Assembly: GCA_028716485.1 (NCBI GenBank)
Contig: JAQUPS010000002.1
Location: forward strand, 43,013-107,012
Direction: 5' to 3'
DNA length: 64,000 nucleotides
Source of the DNA: Patescibacteria group bacterium
GTDB taxonomy: Bacteria; Patescibacteriota; Patescibacteriia; Patescibacteriales; WJLG01
Below the pieces are notes generated by a model. The model was not told where the DNA came from and did no database searches. It saw only the letters and a program-made list of their open reading frames with translations. Within the stretch, counting starts at the first letter, position 1; each line of letters begins with the position of its first letter. The position numbers and the translations under genes are program-made. This document shows, one piece after another, positions 1 to 10,000 of this stretch.

Positions 1-871
1 GCGGCCGCTTCGCCCGCTTAAATTCTTTAAAATCCGCCTTGACGAAAGCCTTAGTGATCTGCCGCGAACGATCCCGGCGAAAATTAAAACAAATCACCGC
101 GTCATTTTCCTTAATCAAAGCGACCGGCTCGCCGTTATCCGCGGTTAAAATCACCGGCTCCAGATACTCATCGAAAATTCCCCGCTCATATTGGCTGTCG
201 ATCGCTTCATGGGCGTTTTTTTCCGTGATGCCGATGCCGGCGGTCAGGGCTAAGAATGATTTCTCGATTCTATCCCAATTATTATTGCGATCCATGGTGA
301 AATACCGGCCGCTGATAGTGGCGATTTTGCCAAGGCCGATTTCTTTGATTTTATTTTCCAGCATCGTCAAAAATTTCTTGGCGCTTTGCGGGTGCGTGTC
401 GCGGCCGTCGGTAATGGCATGGATAAAAACCTCCTTAACCTTATTATTTTTAGCCATTTCCAAAAGCGCGAACAAATGTTCAATGTGGGAATGCACGGCG
501 CCATCGGAAAGCAAGCCAAGAACATGCAGATTGGAATTGTTTTTTTTCGCCCATTCAAAAGCGGCGAGCAGCGCCTCGTTCTTGAAAAAAGAACCATCGG
601 AAACGGCGGAAGAGATTGTCGGCAAAAATTGAAAAACAATCTGACCCGAACCGATAGTCTGGTGTCCAACTTCGGAATTGCCCCGCACGCCCCAAGGCAA
701 ACCGACCGCCATGCCGGAAGCCTGCAGATAGATTTTCGGGTAATGAGCGTTGAGCTCCTCAATTACCGGCAATTTTGCCTTCACGAATGGATTGCCCTTT
801 TCAATGTCCCACTCGCCCCAGCCATCAAGGATAACCAAAACGATCGGCTTCTTTTTTTTAACATTATCCAT
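1..871 (-). CDS. gpmI: 2,3-bisphosphoglycerate-independent phosphoglycerate mutase, N-terminal part (3' end runs off the window)
   Basis: Absent from the ORF track because it is open at the window edge. Reverse-strand translation from ATG at 869-871 gives MDNVKKKKPIVLVILDGWGEW...GNSEVGHQTIGSGQ...LLSDGAVHSH...AITDGRDT, which are typical iPGM motifs. The + strand ORFs 39..632 and 386..928 are antisense shadows. Confidence 0.85.
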   Translation of the reverse strand, partial: MDNVKKKKPIVLVILDGWGEWDIEKGNPFVKAKLPVIEELNAHYPKIYLQASGMAVGLPWGVRGNSEVGHQTIGSGQIVFQFLPTISSAVSDGSFFKNEALLAAFEWAKKNNSNLHVLGLLSDGAVHSHIEHLFALLEMAKNNKVKEVFIHAITDGRDTHPQSAKKFLTMLENKIKEIGLGKIATISGRYFTMDRNNNWDRIEKSFLALTAGIGITEKNAHEAIDSQYERGIFDEYLEPVILTADNGEPVALIKENDAVICFNFRRDRSRQITKAFVKADFKEFKRAKRP

Positions 872-1063
872 ACAAATATATTAATCAATCTTAGCAATCG
901 CTACATTATTAAATTGTTATATGGCTAAATTGTTAGGCGACAAAGATATCAACTTTCAGCAATGTAACAATTTAACAATTCAACAATTTATCTGTTTGTG
1001 CTATAATACTAACATTAACTTCCTTTATATTTTATCACATAATAATCTTATTTAAAAATCGTT

Positions 1064-2041
1064 ATGCAAAAAGTCCACATTCCCTATACCGTGCCCCGCT
1101 CCAAGCGCGCCGAATATTTAAAGAATTGGAAAATCGCCACCCGCGGCACGGGAAAACTGTTCATGTTCGCCTGCGACCAAAAAGTCGAACACTTGAATGA
1201 CGACTTCGTCGGACCGGGTATCAGTCCCGAAGTCGCGGATCCGGCGCATTATTTCGAGATTGCCAAAAAAGCGCAGATCGGCGTTTTAGGCTCCCAACTC
1301 GGCTTAATCGCCAAATACGCCGACCTCTGCCCGGGAGTTCCTCTGATCATCAAGGCTAATTCCAAAACCAACCTGATCAAGAAAACAGCGCGCGATCCGT
1401 TCAGCAACCGCTGGCTGGCGGTGGAAGATATCGTTAACTTCAAAAAAACCTCCGGCTTGAATATCGTCGGCATCGGCTACACGGTTTATATCGGCAGCGA
1501 ATTCGAATCCGAGTCTTTCGGCCAGGCAGCTCGTATCATCTATAAGGCTCATCAGGAGGGCATGCTGGCAGTCGTTTGGATGTACCCCCGCGGCAAGGCC
1601 GTTAAGAATGAAACAGATGCCCATTTATTGGCCGGCGGCGCCGGAGTCGCGGTATGTTTAGGCGCGGACTTCGTGAAAATCAATTATCCTTATGATAAAC
1701 CGACTGCCGAAACCGCCAAAAAATTCCGCGAAGTGGTGGCGGCGGCGGGACGGACGAAAGTCATTCCCATCGGCGGCGCGAAAATGCCGGAAAAGAAATT
1801 CCTCCAGCAGATCCATAATCAAATCCATCTTGCCGGCACCTCGGGCGTCGCCATCGGCCGCAATATTTTCCAGCGCCCGACCGACGAAGCCATCCGGATG
1901 GCCGATGCCATCGCCGCTGTCGCGCTCTATGATTATTCCGTGGAAAACGCTCATAAAATATTCCTTGGCAAAGCGAAGCTGAACGGCAAGCCCCGGCCAA
2001 GCAGCTCAACACTCAAATCGTTTTTGTCGTTATCGTTCTAA
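1064..2041 (+). CDS. class I fructose-bisphosphate aldolase (DhnA/FbaB, DeoC-LacD-type TIM barrel)
   Basis: 325-aa ORF. It has FACDQKVEH near the N-terminus and DFVKINYP, the Schiff-base Lys context of archaeal-type class I aldolases. A terminator follows. Confidence 0.75.
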   Translation: MQKVHIPYTVPRSKRAEYLKNWKIATRGTGKLFMFACDQKVEHLNDDFVGPGISPEVADPAHYFEIAKKAQIGVLGSQLGLIAKYADLCPGVPLIIKANSKTNLIKKTARDPFSNRWLAVEDIVNFKKTSGLNIVGIGYTVYIGSEFESESFGQAARIIYKAHQEGMLAVVWMYPRGKAVKNETDAHLLAGGAGVAVCLGADFVKINYPYDKPTAETAKKFREVVAAAGRTKVIPIGGAKMPEKKFLQQIHNQIHLAGTSGVAIGRNIFQRPTDEAIRMADAIAAVALYDYSVENAHKIFLGKAKLNGKPRPSSSTLKSFLSLSF

Positions 2042-2052
2042 AAATTATTTAT

Positions 2053-2085
2053 AAAGGCTTCTCTGCTTGGGGAAGCCTTTTTTTG
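2053..2085 (+). terminator. rho-independent terminator of the aldolase gene
   Basis: Stem aaaggcttc / gaagccttt followed by a T-run, 12 nt after the stop codon. Confidence 0.7.
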
Positions 2086-2270
2086 TTGAAAAAAATTTTA
2101 GGCGCAAGGCTTATGGCTCAAGGTCTAAAAGATCAGCAATCTTAGAAATCTTATTAAAAAATTTTCAAATATCTTTGCCACTTTTTTTAGAAAAAAGTGG
2201 CGCAAAAAATCGCGCGCCGGACAAATTTCCTATCACTCCGCTAAGAAACCTAGCAAAATTGCTATACTTG

Positions 2271-2310
2271 CCTCTCACCAATTTTGTTTGATAACAAAAT
2301 TGGTGAGAGG
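2271..2310. repeat. perfect inverted repeat (18-bp arms, 4-nt spacer)
   Basis: cctctcaccaattttgtt-tgat-aacaaaattggtgagagg. It is flanked by a second inverted pair, gcaaaattgc ... gcaattttgc. No T-run follows on either strand. Confidence 0.8.
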
Positions 2311-2581
2311 CTTCGGACAACGCAATTTTGCACGGTTTCCACGCTACGTGATTACGGAAATTTTCCAATGCGCGCTATAAGGAAAAAATAATCCAATTAG
2401 ACCTCCAAGTATCAAAAGAGCTGAAGCGCATTATCGCCTCAGCTCTTTAATAATTTATATGAATTTTTACTTTTTACTTTCGACTTTAATTTTCAGATGC
2501 GCCCCTTTTCGTAACGGGGCTCCGCCACTAAAATTCGCATGTCCCGCATTCGTAGCGCGGATCCGCCCCAGGCGGATAACG

Positions 2582-3769
2582 TTACTTCATCTTCTTCCGA
2601 ATAAATGCCGGGATGCCCAATTCCCCTTCTTCCGATTCTTCGTCCGGCAGTTCTTCCTGCGCCATTTTCACCGGGGAAATTTTGCTTTTCCGCGGCGCGT
2701 CGGCCGTTGAATCCGTCTTGTTCCCGAACCAACCGCGGCTTTTTTCTTCTTTCTCCGCGATAAAACTGTTCGGGGTGTAGGCGGGACGCAGCTGTTTGCC
2801 GGCAAGATCGTGCGCCTGGCCGTCAAAACCGGTGGCCACCACCGTAACTTTTATTTCATCTTTCAATTTATCGTCTATCACCGCGCCGAAAATAATCTTG
2901 GCTTCGGCATCGGCGGAAGCGGTAATAACTTTGGCGGCTTCGGAAACTTCGGTCATACCCAAACTGGGACCGCCGGTGATGGTAAAGACAATGCCGCGGG
3001 CCCCATCAATCGACATATCTAAAAGCGAAGAATTGATCGCCGCCTTGGCCGCTTCAATGGCGCGATTTTCTCCCGAAGCCTGGCCGATACCCATCAAAGC
3101 CGAGCCGGCATTCTGCATCACCGCCCGGACATCGGCGAAATCCACATTGATCAAGCCGGGAATGGTGATAATTTCGGCAATACCCTGCACGCCCTGGCGC
3201 AAGACATCGTCCGCCACCGAGAAAGCTTCCATCAGGGAAGTTTTTTTATCGATAATCTGCAATAATTTATCATTGTTGATAGTGATGATCGTATCAACCT
3301 TGTCGGCCAGTTCGGCAAAACCGCGTTCAGCAATCGCCTTTCTTTGTCCACCTTCAAAAGAAAAAGGCCGGGTGACGACCGCAACGGTAAGCGCGCCCAA
3401 ATCACGGGCGATTTCCGCCACCACCGGCGAAGCTCCCGTGCCGGTGCCGCCGCCCATGCCGCAAGTGATGAAAACCATATCCGAACCTTTCAAAATATCC
3501 CTGATTTCGTTCTGCGATTCTTCCGCCGCCTGGCGCCCCAATTCCGGATTCATGCCCGCGCCCAAACCCCTGGTAACCGATTTGCCGATATGCAATTTGT
3601 CGCCGGCTTTATTGTAATGCAAAGCCTGCACATCGGTATTAATGGCGACAAATTCCACGCCCCTGATTCCTTTGTCGATCATTCTTTGGATGGCGCTTCC
3701 GCCGCCGCCGCCGACCCCGACAACTTTTATCTTGGCGAATGTTTCGGCCAATGGTTTTATTTCGGCCAT
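2582..3769 (-). CDS. ftsZ: cell division GTPase FtsZ
   Basis: 395 aa with the tubulin signature [21 protein letters not shown] and NTDVQAL. The acidic/basic C-terminal tail ends in IPAFIRKK. Confidence 0.97.
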   Translation of the reverse strand: MAEIKPLAETFAKIKVVGVGGGGGSAIQRMIDKGIRGVEFVAINTDVQALHYNKAGDKLHIGKSVTRGLGAGMNPELGRQAAEESQNEIRDILKGSDMVFITCGMGGGTGTGASPVVAEIARDLGALTVAVVTRPFSFEGGQRKAIAERGFAELADKVDTIITINNDKLLQIIDKKTSLMEAFSVADDVLRQGVQGIAEIITIPGLINVDFADVRAVMQNAGSALMGIGQASGENRAIEAAKAAINSSLLDMSIDGARGIVFTITGGPSLGMTEVSEAAKVITASADAEAKIIFGAVIDDKLKDEIKVTVVATGFDGQAHDLAGKQLRPAYTPNSFIAEKEEKSRGWFGNKTDSTADAPRKSKISPVKMAQEELPDEESEEGELGIPAFIRKKMK

Positions 3770-3985
3770 AAAATTGAAGATGATTTATGACGCCAAGCAT
3801 GGCGTATAAATTAATTGCACACTAAAAATATTATACTATAAGTTTATCCTATTGTAAAAAAAATATCAAGCCTGTTTAAGGCTTAATAGCTTACAAATTT
3901 TTATGCTTATTTTAGCCTATTTTAAGATGTATAAATTTAGCCGGAAAGCTGCTGAATAAAAAACTTGTACAATCGATAATTATTA

Positions 3986-5248
3986 TCAGGGGGCGAAGCG
4001 GGAAAAAATATCCCTGATTTTTTTATTGGCATCATCCAAAAAATTTCCCAAACCTCTCAAGGCGCCTTTGCCGGATCTTTTAGCCATGAAAGAATTTCCC
4101 CAGATGACCAATCCCAGAGCGGTTAAGTATTTGGAATCATTCACTTTATCAAAAATAATTTCCGCGTTGCGGCAAATGCCCACACTGGCCGGCAAACGTA
4201 ATTTATCTTTGGCAACCTCGATTAATCCCGCCAATTTAGCGCCGCCGCCCGCCAAAACAATGCCGGCCGGCAGCAATCCGGAACGGTCAATCTTTTTCAG
4301 CTGCTCGTCGATGCGCTCAAAAATTTCCTCGGCCCGAGCTTCGATTATTTCCGCGACATATTTTTTGGAGATGATTTTAATATCATCTTCCACCTCTTCT
4401 TCGCGGGCCAGTTCAGTGATATCAACCTCTTCCTTGCCGGAAAAATTCTTGGGCACGGCATTGCCATGCTCGATCTTCACCCGCTCGGCCAAATTGATCG
4501 GGCAGCGCAAACCGATGGCGATATCCGAAGTGATATGTTCCGAACCGATGGGGATAACTGCGGCATGAATCAACTTCCCTTCTTCATAAACCGCCAAAGT
4601 CGTGGTCGAAGCGCCAATACCGGCCACCGCCACGCCCAAATCTTTCTGCTTGGCGCTCAAAACCGCTTCGCCCAAAGCGAGCGAAGATAAAACCAGATCA
4701 TCGATATTCAAACCCGTGCGATAAATCGCCTTGGTCAGATTCTTTATCTGGCTGGTCATTCCCTGCACAATCAAAGCCTCGACTTCCAAACGAATCCCGC
4801 TCATCCCGATCGGGTCTTTGACGTCTTCCTGGTTATCCACAGTGAACTTTATCGGAATGACGTGCAAAATTTCGTAATTCGGCGGCATGCTCAAGGTCCG
4901 CGCCGCTTCAATCGCCCTTTCCACGTCTTCCTGGCTGATTTCGCCGTTATTCTTGCTCACCGCCACCACCCCCTTGCTTTTCTCGCACTTGATATACGGG
5001 TCATTAACGCTCACGTAAACATTGCCAATCGGCAGACCGATCAAACGCTCGGCCTTTTCCAAAAGCGAAGAAATCGAAGACGTGGTGTCATCGATGCTTT
5101 TGACCATTCCCTTGGTAATACCTTCGGATGGCGACGAAATCGCCCCGATTATCTGCAATCGGCCGTCATTTTGCTCTATTCTCTGCCCCACCACCAATCT
5201 AACCTCCGTCGAGCCGATATCCAAACCGACAATTGAATCATCTTTCAT
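3986..5248 (-). CDS. ftsA: cell division protein FtsA (actin-like ATPase)
   Basis: 420 aa with VGLDIGSTEVRLVVG phosphate-1 and GGGAKLAGL motifs. It lies immediately upstream of ftsZ on the same strand. Confidence 0.93.
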   Translation of the reverse strand: MKDDSIVGLDIGSTEVRLVVGQRIEQNDGRLQIIGAISSPSEGITKGMVKSIDDTTSSISSLLEKAERLIGLPIGNVYVSVNDPYIKCEKSKGVVAVSKNNGEISQEDVERAIEAARTLSMPPNYEILHVIPIKFTVDNQEDVKDPIGMSGIRLEVEALIVQGMTSQIKNLTKAIYRTGLNIDDLVLSSLALGEAVLSAKQKDLGVAVAGIGASTTTLAVYEEGKLIHAAVIPIGSEHITSDIAIGLRCPINLAERVKIEHGNAVPKNFSGKEEVDITELAREEEVEDDIKIISKKYVAEIIEARAEEIFERIDEQLKKIDRSGLLPAGIVLAGGGAKLAGLIEVAKDKLRLPASVGICRNAEIIFDKVNDSKYLTALGLVIWGNSFMAKRSGKGALRGLGNFLDDANKKIRDIFSRFAP

Positions 5249-5348
5249 AAAAACATTTAGTGAAAATTGATAAATTTGTTAATATAATGCTGATATTATA
5301 AATTATACGCTAATAATGCGCGTTCCACAAGTCAAATTAATTTTTTGA

Positions 5349-5726
5349 TTATGATGTAATTCTTCTTTTTGCAAACAAAATTGCCTCCCCTAAAATAATT
5401 GCGATGAGAGAGGCACAGGCATCCACTATTAGGGGTCCGAAAGATTGTATTACTAAAAGTAATAATGATTCCAATCCTATAACTATGGCAAAAATCCAAT
5501 ATCTGAATTTACCGGCAAAAAGAATTATCCCCAAAGTTAAAATAAATGCCGAGCTTAAAAAGAATCCTTCAAAATATTCAGGATGCCCAAAACCAACATC
5601 CGCCCAGCTACCAGATCTTATATTAGTTCCTGTAATCATTTCATACAGAGTCGCGAAAGATGGGGTTAAAAAAAAAGTTAAAACAACAAATAAAAATAAA
5701 ATTAAAACATTTCCTTTTTTAAGCAT
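5349..5726 (-). CDS. small polytopic membrane protein
   Basis: 125 aa with about four hydrophobic spans. It is the third small membrane gene in the tandem module series downstream of the giant protein. Confidence 0.5.
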   Translation of the reverse strand: MLKKGNVLILFLFVVLTFFLTPSFATLYEMITGTNIRSGSWADVGFGHPEYFEGFFLSSAFILTLGIILFAGKFRYWIFAIVIGLESLLLLVIQSFGPLIVDACASLIAIILGEAILFAKRRITS

Positions 5727-5730
5727 AAAA

Positions 5731-5964
5731 TTATAAATTACTTAATAAATAATTAATATCTGCTTTTATCATATCATAACCGGCCTGGTTTATCCCATTC
5801 TTTTCTTTTATTTTATCCAGAGTTTTCAAAATAAAATCTAAATTTAGCACTATTGCTTTTTGCTTTGCCTCGCTATTTTTATCCAGTAATTTATTTAAAG
5901 CGTCAATAATTTTTTTCTTGGCTGTGGGATTTATTTTTTGGTTATTTTCAGCCTCTTTGACCAA
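5731..5964 (-). CDS. degenerate copy of the C-terminal helical module of the 1398-aa protein
   Basis: The 77-aa ORF ends in NQAGYDMIKADINYLLSNL. Compare WINQAGYNIIREDIKYLLNKI at the C-terminus of 7049..11245. Confidence 0.4.
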   Translation of the reverse strand: MVKEAENNQKINPTAKKKIIDALNKLLDKNSEAKQKAIVLNLDFILKTLDKIKEKNGINQAGYDMIKADINYLLSNL

Positions 5965-6047
5965 CTTTTTAATTACTTCTCTCCCTTTCGCGAGCAGTTC
6001 AAGCCAGAAACCAAAATAGCTGAATTAAAACAAATAACCCGGCTTTT

Positions 6048-6281
6048 TTAACCCAAAGGAATTAAATTGGTGTTACCATTATATAAATTTATTATAGCGA
6101 AAACTAATAAAATAAAATAAAATAAATGGCGTTTTTTATCGCCTAACTTAATCAGCAAAAATGGAAATATGAAAATAAAATAAACAATGTAGATAAAAAT
6201 ATCAAACAAATGAAAGACAAATAACAAAAGAAAAGGAATTAAAAATAACAAGAAAATTATAACTTCTTTGTACTTTTTCAT
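6048..6281 (-). CDS. small membrane protein (paralog of 6762..7043)
   Basis: 77 aa and very hydrophobic. It shares FIFIFP and the C-terminal TNLIPLG with FIFIFP ... TNFIPFG in the paralog. Confidence 0.5.
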   Translation of the reverse strand: MKKYKEVIIFLLFLIPFLLLFVFHLFDIFIYIVYFIFIFPFLLIKLGDKKRHLFYFILLVFAIINLYNGNTNLIPLG

Positions 6282-6285
6282 AAAT

Positions 6286-6765
6286 TTATATTTTACTTAA
6301 TAAATATTTTATATCCTCCCTAATTATATTATACCCTGCCTGATTAATCCATTTTACCCGCAAGAATACATCCAGCTTGGTTAAAACCAAGTTATATTTT
6401 AATTTGATTACGACTTGATTAATTTTGTTCAGTCTATATTCGAACCTGTCAAATGTTTTTCCGATTTTGGCATCGCACCAGGCCCGATTTTTATGCTTCA
6501 AACATTGCGCCATTGCCTTGTCCCGCATTATTTTTTCTTTATCGATTCTCTGGCCGTATTTTTCCTGGAAATTTTTAATATCAGTCAGATCGTTGATTAA
6601 GCTATTCTTTGCTTCAACCTTTGTGATCATTTTCTCGTCGTAGGCGCGACTGACATCAGCGATTGTTCCGTTAACGTCGGTGATAAAAGAAAAATTTACT
6701 ATTTGCTCGGCTTGATCGCCGGCTGAATAATTTTTACCGTGCTTAGCTATTGTATTTTTTATCAA
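6286..6765 (-). CDS. stand-alone copy of the about 145-aa C-terminal module of the giant secreted protein
   Basis: From GDQAEQ onward it is almost identical to the last about 145 aa of 7049..11245. Shared strings include AYDEKMITKVEAKNSLIN, QCLKHKN.AWCDAKIG and WINQAGYNIIREDIKYLL. Confidence 0.6.
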   Translation of the reverse strand: MIKNTIAKHGKNYSAGDQAEQIVNFSFITDVNGTIADVSRAYDEKMITKVEAKNSLINDLTDIKNFQEKYGQRIDKEKIMRDKAMAQCLKHKNRAWCDAKIGKTFDRFEYRLNKINQVVIKLKYNLVLTKLDVFLRVKWINQAGYNIIREDIKYLLSKI

Positions 6766-7043
6766 CCAAATGGTATAAAATTTGTTTTCTCGCTAAAAAA
6801 CATTGAAATAACATACATAAATAGGCTCAGATAAAAAAATATAAACAAAAATATATTTACCGTTTTTGAAGCTTTATTTTTTTTGTAAAAAAAGATAAAA
6901 ATAATCGGAAAAATAAAAATAAAGTAAAAGAAGTAAAAAGCTATGTCTATAAAAGTAGTAAACACCAAAAGCGAAACAGGCAATAAAAATAATATTGCCC
7001 AAAAGCTGAATATCTTAAATACCAATTTTTTTTTCTCTGTCAT
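6762..7043 (-). CDS. small membrane protein
   Basis: 93 aa and hydrophobic. Its stop overlaps the next gene's start. It is a paralog of 6048..6281. Confidence 0.55.
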   Translation of the reverse strand: MTEKKKLVFKIFSFWAILFLLPVSLLVFTTFIDIAFYFFYFIFIFPIIFIFFYKKNKASKTVNIFLFIFFYLSLFMYVISMFFSEKTNFIPFG

Positions 7044-7048
7044 ACTTT

Positions 7049-10000
7049 TTATATTTTATTTAATAAATATTTTATATCCTCCCTAATTATATTATACCCT
7101 GCCTGATTAATCCATTTTACCCGCAAGAATACATCCAGCTTGGTTAAAATCAGATTATATTTTAATTTGATTAGAGCTTGATTAACTTTATTTAGCTGAT
7201 ATTCGAATCTATCGAATATTTTTCCGATTTTGGCATCGCACCAAGCTTGATTTTTATGCTTCAAACATTGCGCCATGGCCTTGTCCCGCATTATTTTTTC
7301 TTTATCGATTCTCTGGCCGTATTTTTCCTGGAAATTTTTAATATCAGTCAGATTGTTGATTAAGCTATTCTTTGCTTCAACCTTTGTGATCATTTTCTCG
7401 TCGTAGGCGCGGTTAACATCGGCAATTGTACCGTCAATATCGGTAATTATGGAAAAATTAACTGTTTGCTCGGCTTGATCGCCGGCCAAATCTTGAATGG
7501 TGATTTTAACCTGATGCGAGCCAAGGCCTTGTAGGAATAGATCAATTAAATTTGTATTGACAAGATTGCCATCCAAATAAATTTTGGCGGTAGCTGTGTC
7601 AACGCCGGAAAAATTATCAACGGCAAAATACTCGACATCCAGCGTGTCGTTGCGCAATATTTCTTGCCCTTCCTGCGGCAATAAAACGCTGATGGTTGGT
7701 TTGGTTTTATCTATCGCGAAAGTTATTTCCTTATTTTCTTCGCGATTTCCAGCTCGATCAGTCGAGGAATATAAAATAGTCGCAGTTCCATCTTGGGAAA
7801 CCGTAAATTCTCCCGTATAATTAGTCCAAATTTTTCCGCCATCCAAACTGTATTCCGTTTTCAGAACGCCGGAATTATCATCGGCGGCCGCGAGATTAAT
7901 TTTCACAGCAGAAACGTAATAATCATTGTTCCCTTTTATCCCGACAATATTTATAGTTGTGGCTGGCTTAACCAGATCGTTCATCTCATTGCCAGCCAAA
8001 ACGGCATCGGGGGTTTTATTTTCCTCAAAAACTCCATCGCCATTTTCATCAACTTTTACAACTTGACTTTCTTGACCGGGAATTAAATTAATTTGTGTTC
8101 TGGTTAGATCGGATTGGAGCGGAATGCTGTTAAAATATTCCGTATTGGTGTATTGGTTGTTTTCTACTGTTTTTATCGCCACTTCCAGAGTGCCTGTTCC
8201 GACCGCCTCGCCGGTTATCCGATAATTACCGCTCGCGGGCAAAAAAGCAAATTTATTGCCGTCAACAATATCATACTGAACGCCGGGGACATTGTTTTCG
8301 ATATCGCCATTGGCGGTCGGCCCGGTATGATTGCCTTGATCGTCATAAATATTCATCTCCACCGGGCAATGATATTCAATGACTTTTCCGGAAATTCCGC
8401 AAATACTGTCATCGGCCTTGAAATTTTGGGATTGCGCAAACGGATATTCCGCTTCCTGATTATTTAAAACCAAATAAACAAAATCTTTCACTTCCTGCGC
8501 GCCGGGAATCTGCGAATGGTCTTTTCCAGAAAGATAATATTTTTTATCGCCAAAATAATCAGCGCTCTTCAAGGGTACTGTGCCGTCGCCGTCAACATAT
8601 TCTAAGCCGTATTCATCCCATAAAAATGCTTTTTTGCCTAAATTATCAATTTTGCCGATAGTAGGTGTGCCGCACCCGGAAATGGTATAGGAATTATTGA
8701 TTTTCACATCATCTATCTGTGAATGTAAAAGCGAATTTTTATTTATGAAATATGATGATATTCCATTATTACTGGCAATAAGATACGAGAGCGAATCATT
8801 ATAATTTAATTCTCCTTGCAAACTCGTGCCGCCGATATTTGAATTATTGTATAAATAATGTCCATAGCCGTCGCCAATGAGATTAAAATATTCTGGGCTA
8901 GGCAGCAGTTGATAGATCGAGGGCATTTGCAGGGAAATTTCTTGAATTTTACTTGGACTTAAAAAATAATAGCCTTTTAAATTTATGCCCAAATTATCCC
9001 CATATTCCAAAATCTTTGCCGCTTTTGGCGCGCCCAAATTCGGTGTGGCAATGTCGATAAATTTATCAATAGAATCCTGCCCGAATTTGGCGGCATAATC
9101 TTTTACCACCAGTCCGCCCATACTGTGAGCGACAATATCAACTTTATCCGAATTTGTTTTTTGTTTAACCTCTTCTATTAAGCATTTTAAGGTTGTGGTT
9201 GATTCGCAGGACGTATTATCACCAGCAACTTGATCTAAATCCAAACGCCAATCATATGGAAAAACAAATAAATCTTTATTTTCTTCATAACCGTTGGCTT
9301 TTAGATAATTAATCAGTCCGCCATAAAAATCCATATAGAAACCTAATCCCCCAACCTTTCTTATGACGTCGGTAGTAAAAATATTTTTTATGGAATTACC
9401 ACTCCCATCCATTTTTAATTCATTCAACTGCTCATCAACGGGGTCGGCGATATAAGTTGCCGGATCCGGCCAAATTTCTTTATTAAGCAATAATTCCTTT
9501 TCATCAAGAGAGCTCCCCAAAATCCCCGGCACGATGATTACCGGATTATGCGCGAGCGGTGGCGGGCCATAGGTGATATAAAGGTCGGGGTTTTTTACTC
9601 CCAGGTAACCCTGCTTGTTATAAGGTTCGGTCTGATCATAATCATATTGATCGCGCATGACCAAAGAAAAATTATTTCCGATCTGGGAATTAAGCCAGGA
9701 AACTCCGGAAGAATTAAAATTGAAAGTAAGGGTATTGGAACCGCCGTAAAAATAATAACTTACGTCTGAAAGGGAGGAGGCGGAGCCTTGATAACCGCCG
9801 AAAGAATCATCGGCATTGGATTGAGGAAATAATTCGCGATCAATATGAGGTGGATTGTCATTATCATCATTAGTTTCAGCCCGCAAATAAGCGCTTTTGA
9901 CAACATTGCCGGCAGGAATCAAATCGGCCAGATTGAACAAATAAGACGGACGAAATATTCTTCCCCCGCTCCCCTGATATTGCGAGTTCGAGAAACAATT

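Larger units (their letters stand above)
6286..7486. repeat. tandem segmental duplication, period about 763 bp
   Basis: 7049-7486 and 6286-6722 are near-identical at DNA level. For example, ttatattttaYttaataaatattttatatcctccctaattatattataccctgcctgattaatcc occurs in both. The intervening small membrane genes are more diverged. Confidence 0.9.

Noticed and set aside
39-928. Track ORFs 39..632 (+), 386..928 (+) and 367..762 (-)
   Set aside because: All lie inside or antisense to the clearly recognisable gpmI reading frame (minus strand, 1-871). Their translations are low-complexity and carry no motifs.
2796-3790. Long + strand ORFs (2796..3617, 3344..3790) opposite ftsZ, and similar antisense ORFs opposite ftsA, pilB, pilT, pilM, the DEAD-box helicase and other genes
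   Set aside because: These are shadow ORFs of GC-richer genes. The sense-strand products (FtsZ and the others) have unambiguous family motifs, while the antisense translations are Ala/Arg/Ser/Pro-rich with no motifs.
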